64,000 nucleotides of DNA from Octopus vulgaris (GCA_951406725.2 OX597833.1:10168001-10232000); one strand, 5' to 3'. Positions 27,119-41,706 are shown, numbered from the stretch's first letter. A program made the numbers and translations. The notes: generated by a model from the letters alone, not told the origin.

Positions 27119-27317
27119 TGTGACCTCGTGTGTACCGTTGGCGATTTTTTTCCTCTGTCTTCTCTTCTCTGGATCTTTCCTTTTCCTATGTTTCCGACGA
27201 AGAGCTCCGCTCGAAACGTTAAACCCTCCTTCTTTCCTGAGCGTCCAATAATACTATATTTGTTGCACGTCCTCGCGTTGTTGTGTTTTTTTTGTGCTTT
27301 CTTGTTTGGATTAACTT
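27119..27317 (+). mobile_element. H1 element
   Basis: gttt CCGACGA a gagc tcc gctc GAAACGTT aaac at 27190-27224. Confidence 0.75.
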
Positions 27318-27319
27318 TA

Positions 27320-27720
27320 TATGTATGTATGTATGTATGTATGTATTATGTATGTATGTATTTATGTATGTATGTATGTATGTATGCATGTATGTATGTA
27401 TGTATGTATATATGTATGTATGTATTATGTATGTATGTATGTATGTATGTATGTATGTATGTATGTATGTATGTATGTATGTATGTATGTATGTGTATGT
27501 ATGCATGTATGTATGTATGTATGTATGTATGTATGTATGTATGTATGTATGTATGTGTATGTATGTATGTATGTATGTATGTATGCATGTATGTATATGT
27601 ATGTATGTATGTAATGTATGTATGTATGTATGTATGTATGTATGTATGTATGTATGTATGTATGTATGTATGTATGTATGTATGTATGTATGTATGTATG
27701 TATGTATGTATGTATGTATG

Positions 27721-27752
<32 letters not shown>

Positions 27753-28116
27753 TGTATGTATGTATGTATGTATGTATGTATATGTATGTATGTATGTATG
27801 TATGCATGTATGTATATGTATGTATGTATGTATGTATGTATGCATGTATGTATATGTATGTAAGTATGTATGTATGTATGTATGTATGTATGTATGTATG
27901 TATGTATGTATGTATGTATGTATGTATGTATGTATGTATGTATGTATGTATGTATGTATGTATGTATGTATGTATGTATGTATGTATGTATGTATGTATG
28001 TATGTATGTATGTATGTATGTATGTATGTATGTATGTATGTATGTATGTATGTATGTATGTATGTATGTATGTATGTATGTATGTATGTATGTATGTATG
28101 TATGTATGTATGTATG

Positions 28117-28148
<32 letters not shown>

Positions 28149-28150
28149 TG

Positions 28151-28182
<32 letters not shown>

Positions 28183-28188
28183 TGTATG

Positions 28189-28220
<32 letters not shown>

Positions 28221-28240
28221 TGTATGTATGTATGTATGTA

Positions 28241-28276
<36 letters not shown>

Positions 28277-28382
28277 TGTATGTATGCATGTATGTAATGT
28301 ATGTATGTATGTATGTATGTATGTATGCATGTATCTATATGTATGTATGTATGTAATGTATGTATGTATGTATGTATGTATG

Positions 28383-28414
<32 letters not shown>

Positions 28415-28504
28415 TGTATGTATGTATGTATGTATGTATGTATGTATGTATGTATGTATGTATGTATGTATGTATGTATGTATGTATGTATGTATGTATG
28501 TATG

Positions 28505-28536
<32 letters not shown>

Positions 28537-29425
28537 TGTATGTATGTATGTATGTATGTATGTATGTATGTATGTATGTATGTATGTATGTATTATGTAT
28601 GTATGTATGCATGTATGTATATGTATGTATGTGTATGTATGTATGTATGTATGCATGTATGTATGTATGTATGTATGTATGTGTATGTATGTATGTATGT
28701 ATGTATGTATGTATGTATGTATGTATGTATGTATGTATGTATGTATGTATGCACGTATGTATGTATGTATGTATGTATGTATGTATGTATGTATGTATGT
28801 ATGCATGTATGTATGTATGTATGTATGTATGTATGTATGTATGTATGTATGTATGTATGTATGTATGTATGTATGTATGTATGTATGTATGTATGTATGT
28901 ATGTATGTATGTATGTATGTATGTATGTATGTATGTATGTATGTATGTATGTATGTATGTATGTATGTATGTATGTATGTATGTATGTATGTATGTATGT
29001 ATGTATGTATGTATGTATGTATGTATGTATGTATGTATGTATGTATGCATGTATGTATGTATGTATGTATGTATGTATGTATGTGTGTGTGTATGTATGT
29101 ATGTGTATGTATGTATGTATGTATGTATGTATGTATGTATGTATGTATGTATGTATGTATGTATGTATGTATGTATGTATGTATGTATGTATGTATGTAT
29201 GTATGTATGTATGTATGTATGTATGTATGTATGTATGTATGTATGTATGTATGTATGTATGTATGTATGTATGTATGTATGTATGTATGTATGTATGTAT
29301 GTATGTATGTATGTATGTATGTATGTATGTATGTATGTATGTGTGTATGTATGTATCTGTATGTATGTATGTATGTATGTGTATGTATGTATGTATGTAT
29401 GTATGTATGTATGTATGTATGTATG

Positions 29426-29461
<36 letters not shown>

Positions 29462-29570
29462 TGTATGTATGTATGTATGTATGTATGTATGTATGTATGT
29501 ATGTATGTATGTATGTATGTATGTATGTATGTATGTATGTATGTATGTATGTATGTATGTATGTATATAT
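27320..29570. repeat. (TATG)n array, ~2.2 kb
   Basis: Direct inspection. Confidence 0.97.
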
Positions 29571-29809
29571 GATATATATATATATGAAATAAGTTCGTCT
29601 CTATTGTTGTTTGTTTTATTAAATTTTTGTTCTTTTATGTATTGGTTCCGGAATTCTCGATATCTGGGATAGCAAAGTTCCAGACAAGGAGAAAAGAAAG
29701 AAATAGAAAATCCGGAGAAATCCTAGGAAAAATCCTGAATAAAATGCAAGAAAATATTCAGAAGAAAGCTTCTTGCCAAACTCACATACACGTGTGTGTG
29801 TGTGTGTGT

Positions 29810-29882
<73 letters not shown>

Positions 29883-30023
29883 GGGAGAGTTTGTACGAGT
29901 GTCTGTGTCTATGCAGCATTATCGTAGTTACCCCTGACACGTGTTTTTAATGTGCCTAAACGTCTTGACAATACTATATATATATATATATATATATATC
30001 TGTATATACATATATATATACAT

Positions 30024-30089
<66 letters not shown>

Positions 30090-30185
30090 GTATATGTATA
30101 TATATATACAGATATATGTGTGTGTGTGTGTATATATATATATATGTGTGTGTATGTATATATATATATATGTATATGTGTATAT

Positions 30186-30220
<35 letters not shown>

Positions 30221-30285
30221 TATATATGTGTATATATATACAGATATATATATATATATATACACACACATATATATATACATAC

Positions 30286-30340
<55 letters not shown>

Positions 30341-30989
30341 CAGATATATATATATATACATACATATAGATACATATATATATATATACATTAAACTTAT
30401 GTATATATAAACATGTACCTACACATATATGTATACACACACACACACACACACACACGTATGTATATACTCGCGCGTACATAAAATAACGAATAGGTCT
30501 TGCAACAGACATATGTTTCTCCTGAAAAAACTATGCCAAACTCCATTCATACAGTCTCATAAGCGAGAACAGCTACTTGGGGGCCCGCTCTCTCTCTTTT
30601 ACAAACAATCCTTACCCCTAGGTACACCCGTACCCCACTTACTCGAGGGACTAATTCTTGGAATGGGATGTGACTTCCTCCTCCTCCTCTTCCATGTCGT
30701 TCATCTTTGTTTTTTTTTTGTAGTTTATTTTGTTTGTTCTTTTGTATATTCTTTGAAATCTTGGCGGTGTCTTTGTATGTATTCCGTGAAAAAAGAATCA
30801 GATTGTAAAACAGCAGACATGATATGCAACCATGTACTGTGCAGACGTAGATTATGTACGTACGAATGTATGTACGTACGAATGTATGTACGTACGTACA
30901 TATCTGTGTGTATATATAAGTGTGTGTGTGTGTGTGTGTATGAGTGATTCTATGTGTGCATATTTGATTGTACGGATGGATGGATATTA

Positions 30990-32085
30990 TGTGTGTATGT
31001 ATGTATGTATGTATGTATGTATGTATGTATGTATGTATGTATGTATGTATGTATGTATGTATGTATGTATGTATGTGTGTATGTATGTATGTGTGTGTGT
31101 ATATATGTATGTATGTATGTATACATCTATGCATGTATTTATGTATGTATGTATGTATGTATTATATATGCATGTATGTATGTATATATGTATGTGTGTA
31201 TGCATGTGTGTATGTATGTATGTGTGTATGTATGTATGTATGTATGTATGTGTGTATGTATGTATGTGTGTATGTATGTATGTATGTATGTGTGTGTATG
31301 TATGTATGTATGTATGTATGTGTGTATGTATGTATGTATGTATGTATGTATGTATGTCTGTATGTGTGTATGTATGTGTGTATGTATGTATGTGTGTATG
31401 TATGTATGTATATGTGTATGTATGTATGTATGTATGTATGTATGTATGTATGTATGTATGTATGTATGTATGTATGTATGTATGTGTATGTATGTGTGTA
31501 TGTATGTATGTGTGTATGTATGTATGTATGTATGTGTGTGTATGTATGTATGTATGTATGTATGTGTGTATGTATGTATGTATGTATGTATGTATGTCTG
31601 TATGTGTGTATGTATGTATGTATGTATGTATGTATGTATGTGTGTATGTATGCATGCATGCATGCATGCATGTATGTATGTATGTATGTATGTATGTATG
31701 TATGTATGTATGTGTGTATGTATGTATGTGTGTATGCATGTGTGTATGTATGTATGTGTGTATGTATGTATGTATGTATGTATGTATGTGTGTATGTATG
31801 CATGCATGCATGTATGTATGTATGAATGTATGTATGTATGTATGTATGTATGTGTGTATGTATGTATGTGTGTATGCATGTGTGTATGTATGTATGTGTG
31901 TATGTATGTATGTATGTATGTATGTATGTATGTATGTATGTATGTATGTGTGTATGTATGCATGCATGCATGTATGTATGTATGAATGTATGTATGTGTG
32001 TATGTATGTATGTGTGTATGTATGTGTGTATGTATGTATGTGTGTATGTGTGTGTGTATGTATGTATGTATGTGTGTGTGTGTGT
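30990..32085. repeat. (TATG/TG)n array
   Basis: Direct inspection. Confidence 0.95.
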
Positions 32086-32087
32086 CT

Positions 32088-32320
32088 ATTCTTTTATTCT
32101 TTTACTTGTTTCAGTCATTTTTAGCTGCGGCCATGCTGCAGCACCAACTTTAGTCAAACAAATCGACTCCAGCACTTATTCTTTGTAAGCCTAGTACTTA
32201 TTCTATCGGGGGTTTTTTGCCGAACCACTAAGTTATGGGAGACGTAAACACACCAACATCGGTTGTCAAGCGATGTTGTGTGTGTGGGGGGGTGGGAGAC
32301 AAACACAGACGCACAAATAC
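32088..32320 (-). mobile_element. SINE B 3' half
   Basis: Reverse complement of the B tail. Confidence 0.75.
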
Positions 32321-32571
32321 ATACATTCAATGCCGCCGAGGGTAACTTTTCTTGCATCCTTTCGGAATCGACAAAATATGTACCAGTTGAGTACTGGTAA
32401 CCAACTTACGCCCTGCCGCCGAAATTGCTGGCCTAGTGCCAAAATTTGAAACCAATATTGTAACTAGGATGACTGATGAGACGGATAATTATCCCCACCC
32501 CACAAAAAAACCCCAATAAGAACACAAAAAATGCGGATGAGTAAAAAAGACAAGGAAAAAATGCATAAAAA

Positions 32572-32725
32572 TGTGGCTGTGTGGTAAGTAGCTTGCTTAC
32601 CAACCACACGGTTCCGGGTTCAGTCCCACTGCGTGGCACCTTGGGCAAGTGTCTTCTGCTATAACCTCGGACCGACCAATGCCTTGTGAGTGGATTTGGT
32701 AGACGGAAACTGAAAGAAGCCTGTC

Positions 32726-32781
<56 letters not shown>

Positions 32782-32975
32782 GTGTGTGTGTTTGTCCCCC
32801 TAGCATTGCTTGACAACCGATGCTGGTGTGTTTACGTCCCCGTCACTTAGTGGTTCGGCAAAAGAGACCGATAGATTAAGTACTAGGCTTACAAATAATA
32901 AGTCCCGGGGTCGATTTGCTCGACTAAAGGCGGTGCTCCAGCATGGCCACACAAGTAAAAGAGTAAAAGAGTAAA
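32572..32975 (+). mobile_element. SINE B
   Basis: Near full length. Confidence 0.85.
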
Positions 32976-33008
32976 ATAAAAGTTTATATAAGTATAAGTA
33001 TATAGTGA

Positions 33009-33758
33009 AGGCGCGTGGCTCAGTGGTTAGGGCGTTCCGCTCACAATCGTAGGGTTGTGAGTTCGATTCCCGGCAACGCGTTGTGTCCTTGAGCAAGACA
33101 CTTTATTTCCCATTGGTCCAGTCCACTCAGCTGGCAAAAAATGAGGAGTACCTGTATTTCAAAGGGCCGGCCTTGTCACACTCTTTGTCACGCTGAATCT
33201 CCCCAAGAGAAGTGCGTTAAGGGTACATGTGTCTTATTTATTTTATTTTATCTTACCTAGTTTCAGCTCAGGAGCTGTGGCCATGCTGGGGCACCGCCAT
33301 TTGGTGTTGCTACATGATTTTACTTCACGAATGCTTTTTCGCAATTGCCATTTGGTGCGTGAGAGAGTTCGATGCAGCTGCCCTCATCTGCACCTCCTGT
33401 CGTGAAGTTGGTTCATCTGGGACACCTGATAGGAAGAGATCCAGTTTTATTTTAAGGACATCTGCATCCACCCCATGCAGGTCTCTCAGGTTCTTCGGGA
33501 GGATATTGAAGCCCAGGCTATCACAGTATCTTGTCCTACATCTTGATGGCAAATCTGGAGTCCTTGGCACTATGCAGTGGCGCCCAGTTCTAGCATTTGT
33601 GTAACTCTCGATGCCAAAGTTTGGAACAAGTCCTTCTAGGATCTTCCTGATGTATATTATGGCAGTGCTCAGCCACTTGCACGTTAATTTCACGAGCAGG
33701 CTGTTCCGTTGATCGTATCAGCTGGGACCCTCGTCGTCGCAACCGACGGAGCGCTCCT
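33009..33758 (+). mobile_element. SINE with head C2 and tail E, interrupted by a LINE fragment
   Basis: tRNA-like ggcgcgtggctcagtggttaggg…gagttcgattccc; tail stops at gtgtct (33232) and resumes at gtgctcagcc (33665). Confidence 0.82.
33233..33664 (-). mobile_element. 5'-truncated CR1/L2-group LINE 3' end
   Basis: IIYIRKILEGLVPN…FNILPKNLRDL…LKIKLDLFLSGVPDEP…AASNSL, then 3' UTR and (TAAAA)n tail. Confidence 0.82.
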
Positions 33759-34677
33759 ATAAGTATACTAATGATGATGATGATCATGGTGATCATGATG
33801 ATGCAATTTCTAATTTAGGCACAAGGCCACATATTTTTGGAGGAAGGGTGCAGCCGATTGGATCAGCAACAATACTTGAGTGGTGCTTGTTTTAATAATG
33901 AAGAGGAGTAGGAGGAGGAGGAGGAAGGATAATAATAGAAGCTAAGAAGTGGGTTTTGAGTGTTTTACCCCCGTTGATAAAGAGCAGGAAATGAAGAAGG
34001 AATAAATGAAACACACGCGCACATACACATACACATACACGCACACACGCACACACGCACGCACACATGCACGTACACACACACACAAGCGCACACACAC
34101 ACACACACACGCGCATACACACTTGCACACGCATACGCACGCACATACACACGCGCACACACACACTCACGCCCACATGCACGTACACACACACACACAA
34201 GCGCGCGCACACACACACACACTCGCACGCACACACATACGCACACACGTGCACACACACGCACGCATATACACACGCGCACACGCACGCACACACACGC
34301 ATGCATACACACACACGCATGCACACACACACGCACACACACGCACGCACGTACGCTCACATACACACGCACGCACACACACTCGCACACACATACAAAC
34401 ACACACACACACGCACGCATACATCAATCACATACCCTCTCACCCAAGTCAAGCACTTATACACGCATAATATATATTCTTTTGTGCTTTCATCTGTTTC
34501 AATCATCTGACTGCGGCCATGCTGGTGCACCATCCTGAAGGATTTTTAACCGAACGAATCAACCCCCGGACTTATTCCTTAAGCCTAGTGCATATTCTGT
34601 CGATATCTTTTGTCGAACCGTTAAGTTACGAGGACCCCAAACACACCAACATCAGTTGTCAAACGTTCATGCACGCA

Positions 34678-34731
<54 letters not shown>

Positions 34732-34976
34732 CATCGTCGTTGTATCATAAGCCCTAAAAAGAAGCACACTCCAGGTTTACATAGATAAGGCTTTTCTTTG
34801 GGATTACCCCCGGTTTCACGTCCATAAAGCGCTTAGTTTTACTGCTGGGGTCTGATGGTAAGCTGTAAAGCTAAGCGCTTTATGGACGTGAAATTCAGGG
34901 TAATGCCATGGGGCGGCCTTATGTATCTTTACAACACACACACATATATATGTATGTATGTATGTATGTATATATG

Positions 34977-35031
<55 letters not shown>

Positions 35032-35036
<5 letters not shown>

Positions 35037-35305
35037 AATATTAGGGAATAAATCCAAACTTACAGGGAAAAATCAGATTTAGGATTGAATCCAATTTTAT
35101 AGTAAAATATTATATTATATTAAATTAGAGACAAAACCACTATTAGGCACAAAAATTTGATGACAGCAGACAGGAAACGATCGTAGTGGATATTAATTAT
35201 ATTTTTTAATAACTGTTACATATTTAAATAATATAAATTAATTTATGTATTGGCTTAAGTCTTTCATTGTTTGATTTGCCTAATAGTGGTTTTGTCTCTA
35301 ATTTA

Positions 35306-35312
<7 letters not shown>
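35032..35312 (+). mobile_element. TA-flanked fold-back element, family H2, with partial hammerhead
   Basis: Homologous to 50225-50452 and 61120-61350; tTGATGA cagcagacag GAAAC GATC GT A gtgg at 35157-35189. Confidence 0.7.
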
Positions 35313-35358
<46 letters not shown>

Positions 35359-35931
35359 TAATAAATAAAATATATGCATACATACAAACATATATGTACG
35401 TACCTACATCTACATGTATATATACATGCATATATAAATATATATACACGTGAGTACAGGACACCACAACTAGACGTAGAACTCAACGAGAAACGAAAAC
35501 GGAAAAACCATTTTTTTACAACAGAAAAAACAGAGTACAGGACATACTACACAAGGAAAAATCCCCTTCATCAGCTGTCACTAGTTCGACTCCAGCGTGT
35601 TTCGAAGGCTTCCCAGAACAGATCAGAGTGCAGAACGGGCAATCGAGTGCCTTCAAGATCTTTATGATGTTTGTAACAAGAAGGAGAAACTTCAGCTTTG
35701 ATTTATTTTATCCAACAAAACGTTAATTTTTGTTATGCTTAAAAATTTGCCAACATTCAACAACCCTTTTTCTTATACAGTTATTTACAATTGCAATTAA
35801 ACCTATAAAGTTTTAAATATGTATTGTTTTTAGATTTTGCATGTTATCGAATGCTTGTAGTGGCCTCTGTCTTAAAATAGCTCAGTTTTGAACCTTTGCA
35901 GAGAGCAATTTCAATTCATTTTTGGAATTAC

Positions 35932-36220
35932 GGAGATGTACTTGCATAGCGAGTGACTTGATCTGAGATCGTGTGCTGGAACGAAAACAATTGCAGCGTG
36001 GAAGGTGTTTATAAGCCATTTAAGAAACACACAAAAACCGTTCGATTCACTTCAACATTTAAGTTTAATTTGTCAAAATATTTTCGTCGCTTTGAGACCG
36101 CGACCTGTTCACTGACAAAACTTTGAAAATATTTTGACAAATTAAATTTAAATGTTGAAGTGAATCTAACGGTTTTGTGTGTTTCTTAAATGGTTTATAA
36201 ACACCTTCCACGCTGCAATT
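35932..36220. mobile_element. Tail+arm-spacer-arm fold-back element
   Basis: Arms ~35989-36085 and ~36125-36220 are inverted. Confidence 0.8.
36069..36119 (-). ncRNA. Hammerhead variant with G3-C8 swapped core
   Basis: UUUGUCA GUGAACA g GUCGC ggucucaaa GCGAC GAAA AUAU U U UGACAAA. Confidence 0.7.
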
Positions 36221-36643
36221 AATTTCAATTCAGGAATCTTTAAAATGTATAAATTCACTTTCATTTTATATCTCTCTTGTGTTTACAAGGATTTAGGCAG
36301 CGGAAATACTGAAAGGTGAAACTAGTACCACCTAGTGATCATAGTTTTAAAAGCCTATAACTCCGTAACTATTTTAACTAGAAAGCTGAAATTTCAGATA
36401 TACTATTTCTGCATTGCATTGAGTCAGCACACCAAGTTTGGTAAAAACTTGAGCAGGCGTTATGAATCCCCACTCCCAAGAATTTTGCATGATTTGGGTA
36501 AAAAGTGGTGATCGATTTCTTAAGTTGGGGGTGACGATTTCTTTCAAATAAAGCGAAATAGATGTTAGTTTCCTGACTTTTATGAAACTATTCATCGAAT
36601 TACAGTACAGGGTTATTAGATTGTGAAAAAGGTCATAACCCTA

Positions 36644-36712
<69 letters not shown>

Positions 36713-36760
36713 TGTGTGTGTGTATCCATGTGTGTGCGTTTCTATGTATACATGTATGTA

Positions 36761-36869
<109 letters not shown>

Positions 36870-36884
36870 GTATGTATATATATA

Positions 36885-37085
36885 TATGTGTCTGTGTTTG
36901 TCCCCCCAACATCTCTTGACAACCGATGCTGGTGTGTTTACGTCCCCGTAACTTAGCGGTTCGGCAAAAGAGACTGATAGAATAAGTACTGGGCTTACAA
37001 AAAGAATAAGTCCCGGGGTCGATTTGCTCGACTAAAAGGCGGTGCTCCAGCATGGCCGCAGTCAAATGACTGAAACAAGTAAAAA
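36885..37085 (+). mobile_element. SINE B 3' half
   Basis: Matches the B consensus. Confidence 0.8.
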
Positions 37086-37112
37086 AAAAAAATATACATA
37101 TATATATATATA

Positions 37113-37199
<87 letters not shown>

Positions 37200-37587
37200 A
37201 TGACTGTGTGTATGTATATGTAAATGATTCCTTGGACGCCTGTTTTACGGCGAGCGGGTTCCTTCTGACGTACTGTCACCGTGAAGTGTCCCATGCTCGA
37301 ATCGTAACCATATGGTCCGGCATATTCACAGGGAACCAGTGAGGGGAAGTAAGTTTGGTCTACCTGCATATACACGACTACACACATACACGCGTGCACA
37401 CACACACACACACACACATAAAGATACACACGCACACGCAAACACACACATGTACAACAGATGGTGTACAAAGAAGAGTAGAATTTTTTGCTATGTTATC
37501 GTTGAGATATTTTTACATCAGACAAGGATGTTAAATGGCAACTGCTATTCCTGCAGGCACTGTTTATACATTCATGCCTATATAAAT

Positions 37588-37692
<105 letters not shown>

Positions 37693-37751
37693 GGTCCCGG
37701 GTTGATTCGGGGTTAACCACAGTAAGTAAGGTACTCAATACATAGCAGAGT

Positions 37752-37810
<59 letters not shown>

Positions 37811-38020
37811 AATAAATCTCTGAGCGAGATATAAACAGTAGCTGCACAACATCGTTAAGTATATTTGCCATTTAAATGTAGCTAACCCTTAAGGGTGGAT
37901 GCTACTGAAGCTTGTAGTCACAGGAAGACACCTCCTCCAGCTGGCTATTGACACACTTTCTGGGCCCTGTCAGTATTTGCAAAGGGAAGTCATCAATCCA
38001 TTCTCCAGCCTGACGTGATA

Positions 38021-38065
38021 CACACGGACCCGAGTTTCTGGTGATTGACCCGTCATCAGCGTGTG
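38021..38065 (-). ncRNA. Minimal type I hammerhead ribozyme
   Basis: CACACG CUGAUGA cGGgucaaucaCCa GAAAC UCGG GU C CGUGUG: 6-bp stem I, GUC site; stem II weak. Confidence 0.75.
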
Positions 38066-38229
38066 ACAATCATCGGTTGTCGATGTGTTAAGTGGCAAAT
38101 ATACTTCACGGTGTTGTGCAGCTACTGTTTTTACCTCGCTCAGAGATTTATTATGGTTTGTTTACACTTTTTCGAGATCATTTGACATTTTGTCACATAT
38201 GCATTGGGAACCATTTCACATCGACTACC

Positions 38230-38951
38230 GGTACAAAATTTAGAGGAATAACCACTAAAGTGGATAGCCTATATGCTAAACATAGACGTCAAATCGTCAT
38301 TACCACGAAGAATGTGTTCTCAAGAAAAAATATCAGCAAAACGCCAAAATGTAAAAATAAGCGAGACAAATGAAAATATACGAAATAAAAACGATTACCT
38401 ACAAGTGAAACCATGGTTTCACTTGTTAATATTTACGTATATAAACTCGCAAATATCTGCAAGATCATCAGCATAGTCTGTCACTTACAAAACACAATTT
38501 CCAGAACTAGATACAGAACGCTCAACCGAAATCGTGTATGTATAAAGTTCTACAAATTATATTTGGGCGTTTTTTATCACATGTCTTCACTTTGGCGTGC
38601 TGAGATCGGAAATTAATCTGCAGTTAATATATTACAGCAGCCAATTTACCGGTTAGAGAACATTTTTTAAATTTAAAATGAAATAATAAGGGTAGAAATG
38701 GATATTAATCAATTAAAACCAGTGGCTTAGCATTCTTCGTGGTAATGACGATTTGACGTTTATGTTTAGCATATAGGGTGTCTACTTTAGTGGTCATTCC
38801 TCTAAATTTTGTACGTAACACAAGTTTTAATCCTCGGATTTTTTTAAATATGCTAAGCCACTGGTTTTAATTGATTAACATCAATTTCTACCCTTATTAT
38901 TTGATTTTAAATAAAAAAAAATGTTCTCTAACCGGTAGATTGGCTGCTGTA
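38230..38951. repeat. Two interleaved inverted-repeat pairs
   Basis: ~38231-38313 vs ~38731-38814 and ~38632-38733 vs ~38850-38951. Confidence 0.8.
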
Positions 38952-39165
38952 GTTTCATTGCTTCGTCAGAGTCTCTGCATGGCATTTATATAATCCCTCG
39001 TCGCTCTGTGTGCACAACTGAAGAATAAAAGTACTGAGTTCTAACACTATGCTATCAGTGTCGCTACGCCTAAGGGAAATATATGTGTTATATATATGTG
39101 TGTGTGTGTACATATACATATATATATATGTGTATGTGTATCTATATATATATATCTATGTGTAT

Positions 39166-39271
<106 letters not shown>

Positions 39272-39306
39272 ATATATATATATACATATATATATGCATG
39301 TATGCA

Positions 39307-39383
<77 letters not shown>

Positions 39384-39666
39384 GATAGATAAGTTTCTTT
39401 ATTGGCCACACAGGGCTGCACACAGATGGGACAAGTTACAAGGTAGAGCTTTTCTTTGGGGGATGAAAAAAAACAAAAAAGCAAAAGAAAAAAAAGGGGG
39501 TGGCGTAGGTTTTCGATCAAGAGGGATCGTAAAAGGGAAGAAAAGAACAAAAAAATAAATAAATAAATAAAAAATAAAAGGAATAAAAAGAAAAAAAAAA
39601 GAAAAGGAAAAGGAACAAAAGAAAAGAGAAATGAAAAAAGAAGAAAAAAAGGGGAAGAGGAAAAAA

Positions 39667-39746
<80 letters not shown>

Positions 39747-39747
39747 G

Positions 39748-39779
<32 letters not shown>

Positions 39780-40074
39780 CAGATAGATGGAGGGATGTAT
39801 GGTTTATTGAAGCTGATTATTATCTCACGACTTATGTTTCAGCCCCCTGCGATGTTTGCATTTGTTAGTCCGTTTGCGGTTTGTTTGGCATCAACCAAAT
39901 ATAACATATCCTCACATTTCCTCTGTTGCATTGATATCGTGTTTTGCTGCTGGGAATGGACGCCAAAACAGCAGAAGCAGACGACATTATAGAGCTGGGT
40001 CACACAGAACGCTAGATCCAACAAGAGTGCTGGACCTCGCGATCACGAAGCGAAGTTCTTAACCATTCGGCCAT

Positions 40075-40075
40075 A

Positions 40076-40162
<87 letters not shown>

Positions 40163-41269
40163 TAAGGGGCTAAACATAGAGGGGACAAACAAGGACGGAC
40201 AAACGGATTAAGTCTATTACATCGATCACAGTACGCAACTGGTACTTATTTAATCGACCCAGAAAGGATGAAAGGCAAAGTCGACCTCGGCGGAATTTGA
40301 ACTCAGAAATACCTATTTCTTTACTACCCACAAGGGGCTACACACAGAGGGGACAAACGAGGACAGACAAACGGATTAAGTCGATTATATCGACCCCAGT
40401 GCGTAACTGGTACTTAATTTATCGACCCCGAAAGGATGAAAGGCAAAGTCGACCTCAGCGGAATTTGAACTCAGAACGTAGCAGCAGACGAAATACCGCT
40501 AAGCATTTCGCCCGGCGTGCTAACGATTCTGCCAGCACTACCACAACTTCCATTACCTCCACCACCACCAACACTACTACTACTTCCACCACCACCACCA
40601 CCACCATTACTACTACTACCACTACCGCAACCTCCATCACCTCCACCACCACCACCACCACCACCACTACTACTACTACCACCACCACCACCATTACTAC
40701 TACTACCACTACCGCAACCACCATGACCTCCACCACCACTACTACTACTACCACCACCACCACCACCACCACCACCACCATTGCTACTACTACCACCACC
40801 ACCACCACCACCACCATTACTACTACCACTACCGCAACCACCATGACCTCCACCACCACTACTACTACTACCACCACCACCACCACCACCATTGCTACTA
40901 CTACCACCACCACCACCACCACCACCACCACCACCACTACTACTACTACAGATATTTCCTCTGACATCAGTGATTCGCTATCAAACACTCCTCTTATTCA
41001 TTCATTCTCTCCTTCATTAATTGTTGATTCATTCACTCTGCCTTCTTCCTACCTTAAGGTGAAACCTTTATTTCCTCTCTTTCTTCGTTGTCATCGCCAT
41101 CATCATCGTCATCATCATCCCCATCATCACCATCACCTTCTTCATCATCATCATCAACATCATCACCTTCGTCATCATCATCATCACCATCACCTTCGTC
41201 GTCGTCGTCATCATCATCATCGTCAGCGTCATCATCATCATTCTCAACATCATCCTCACCATCATCATC

Positions 41270-41309
<40 letters not shown>

Positions 41310-41390
41310 CCTTCGTCATCATCATCATCATCATCAAAATCGTCATCATCATCATCACCTTCGTCATCATCATCATCATCATCAAAATCG

Positions 41391-41432
<42 letters not shown>

Positions 41433-41516
41433 CCTTCGTCATCATCATCATCATCATCATCAAAATCGTCATCATCATCATCACCTTCGTCATCATCATC
41501 ATCATCATCAAAATTG

Positions 41517-41552
<36 letters not shown>

Positions 41553-41666
41553 CCTTCGTCATCATCATCATCATCATCATCATCACCTTCGTCGTCGTCG
41601 TCGTCATCATCATCATCATCATCATCATCATCACCTTCGTCATCATCATCATCATCATCAAAATCG

Positions 41667-41703
<37 letters not shown>

Positions 41704-41706
41704 TCG

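Noticed and set aside
30503-30560. GAAACAUAUGUC palindrome on the minus strand
   Set aside because: No matching core or stem I.
35545-35660. CUGAUGA and GAAAC motifs on the minus strand
   Set aside because: Order and pairing do not give a convincing hammerhead.
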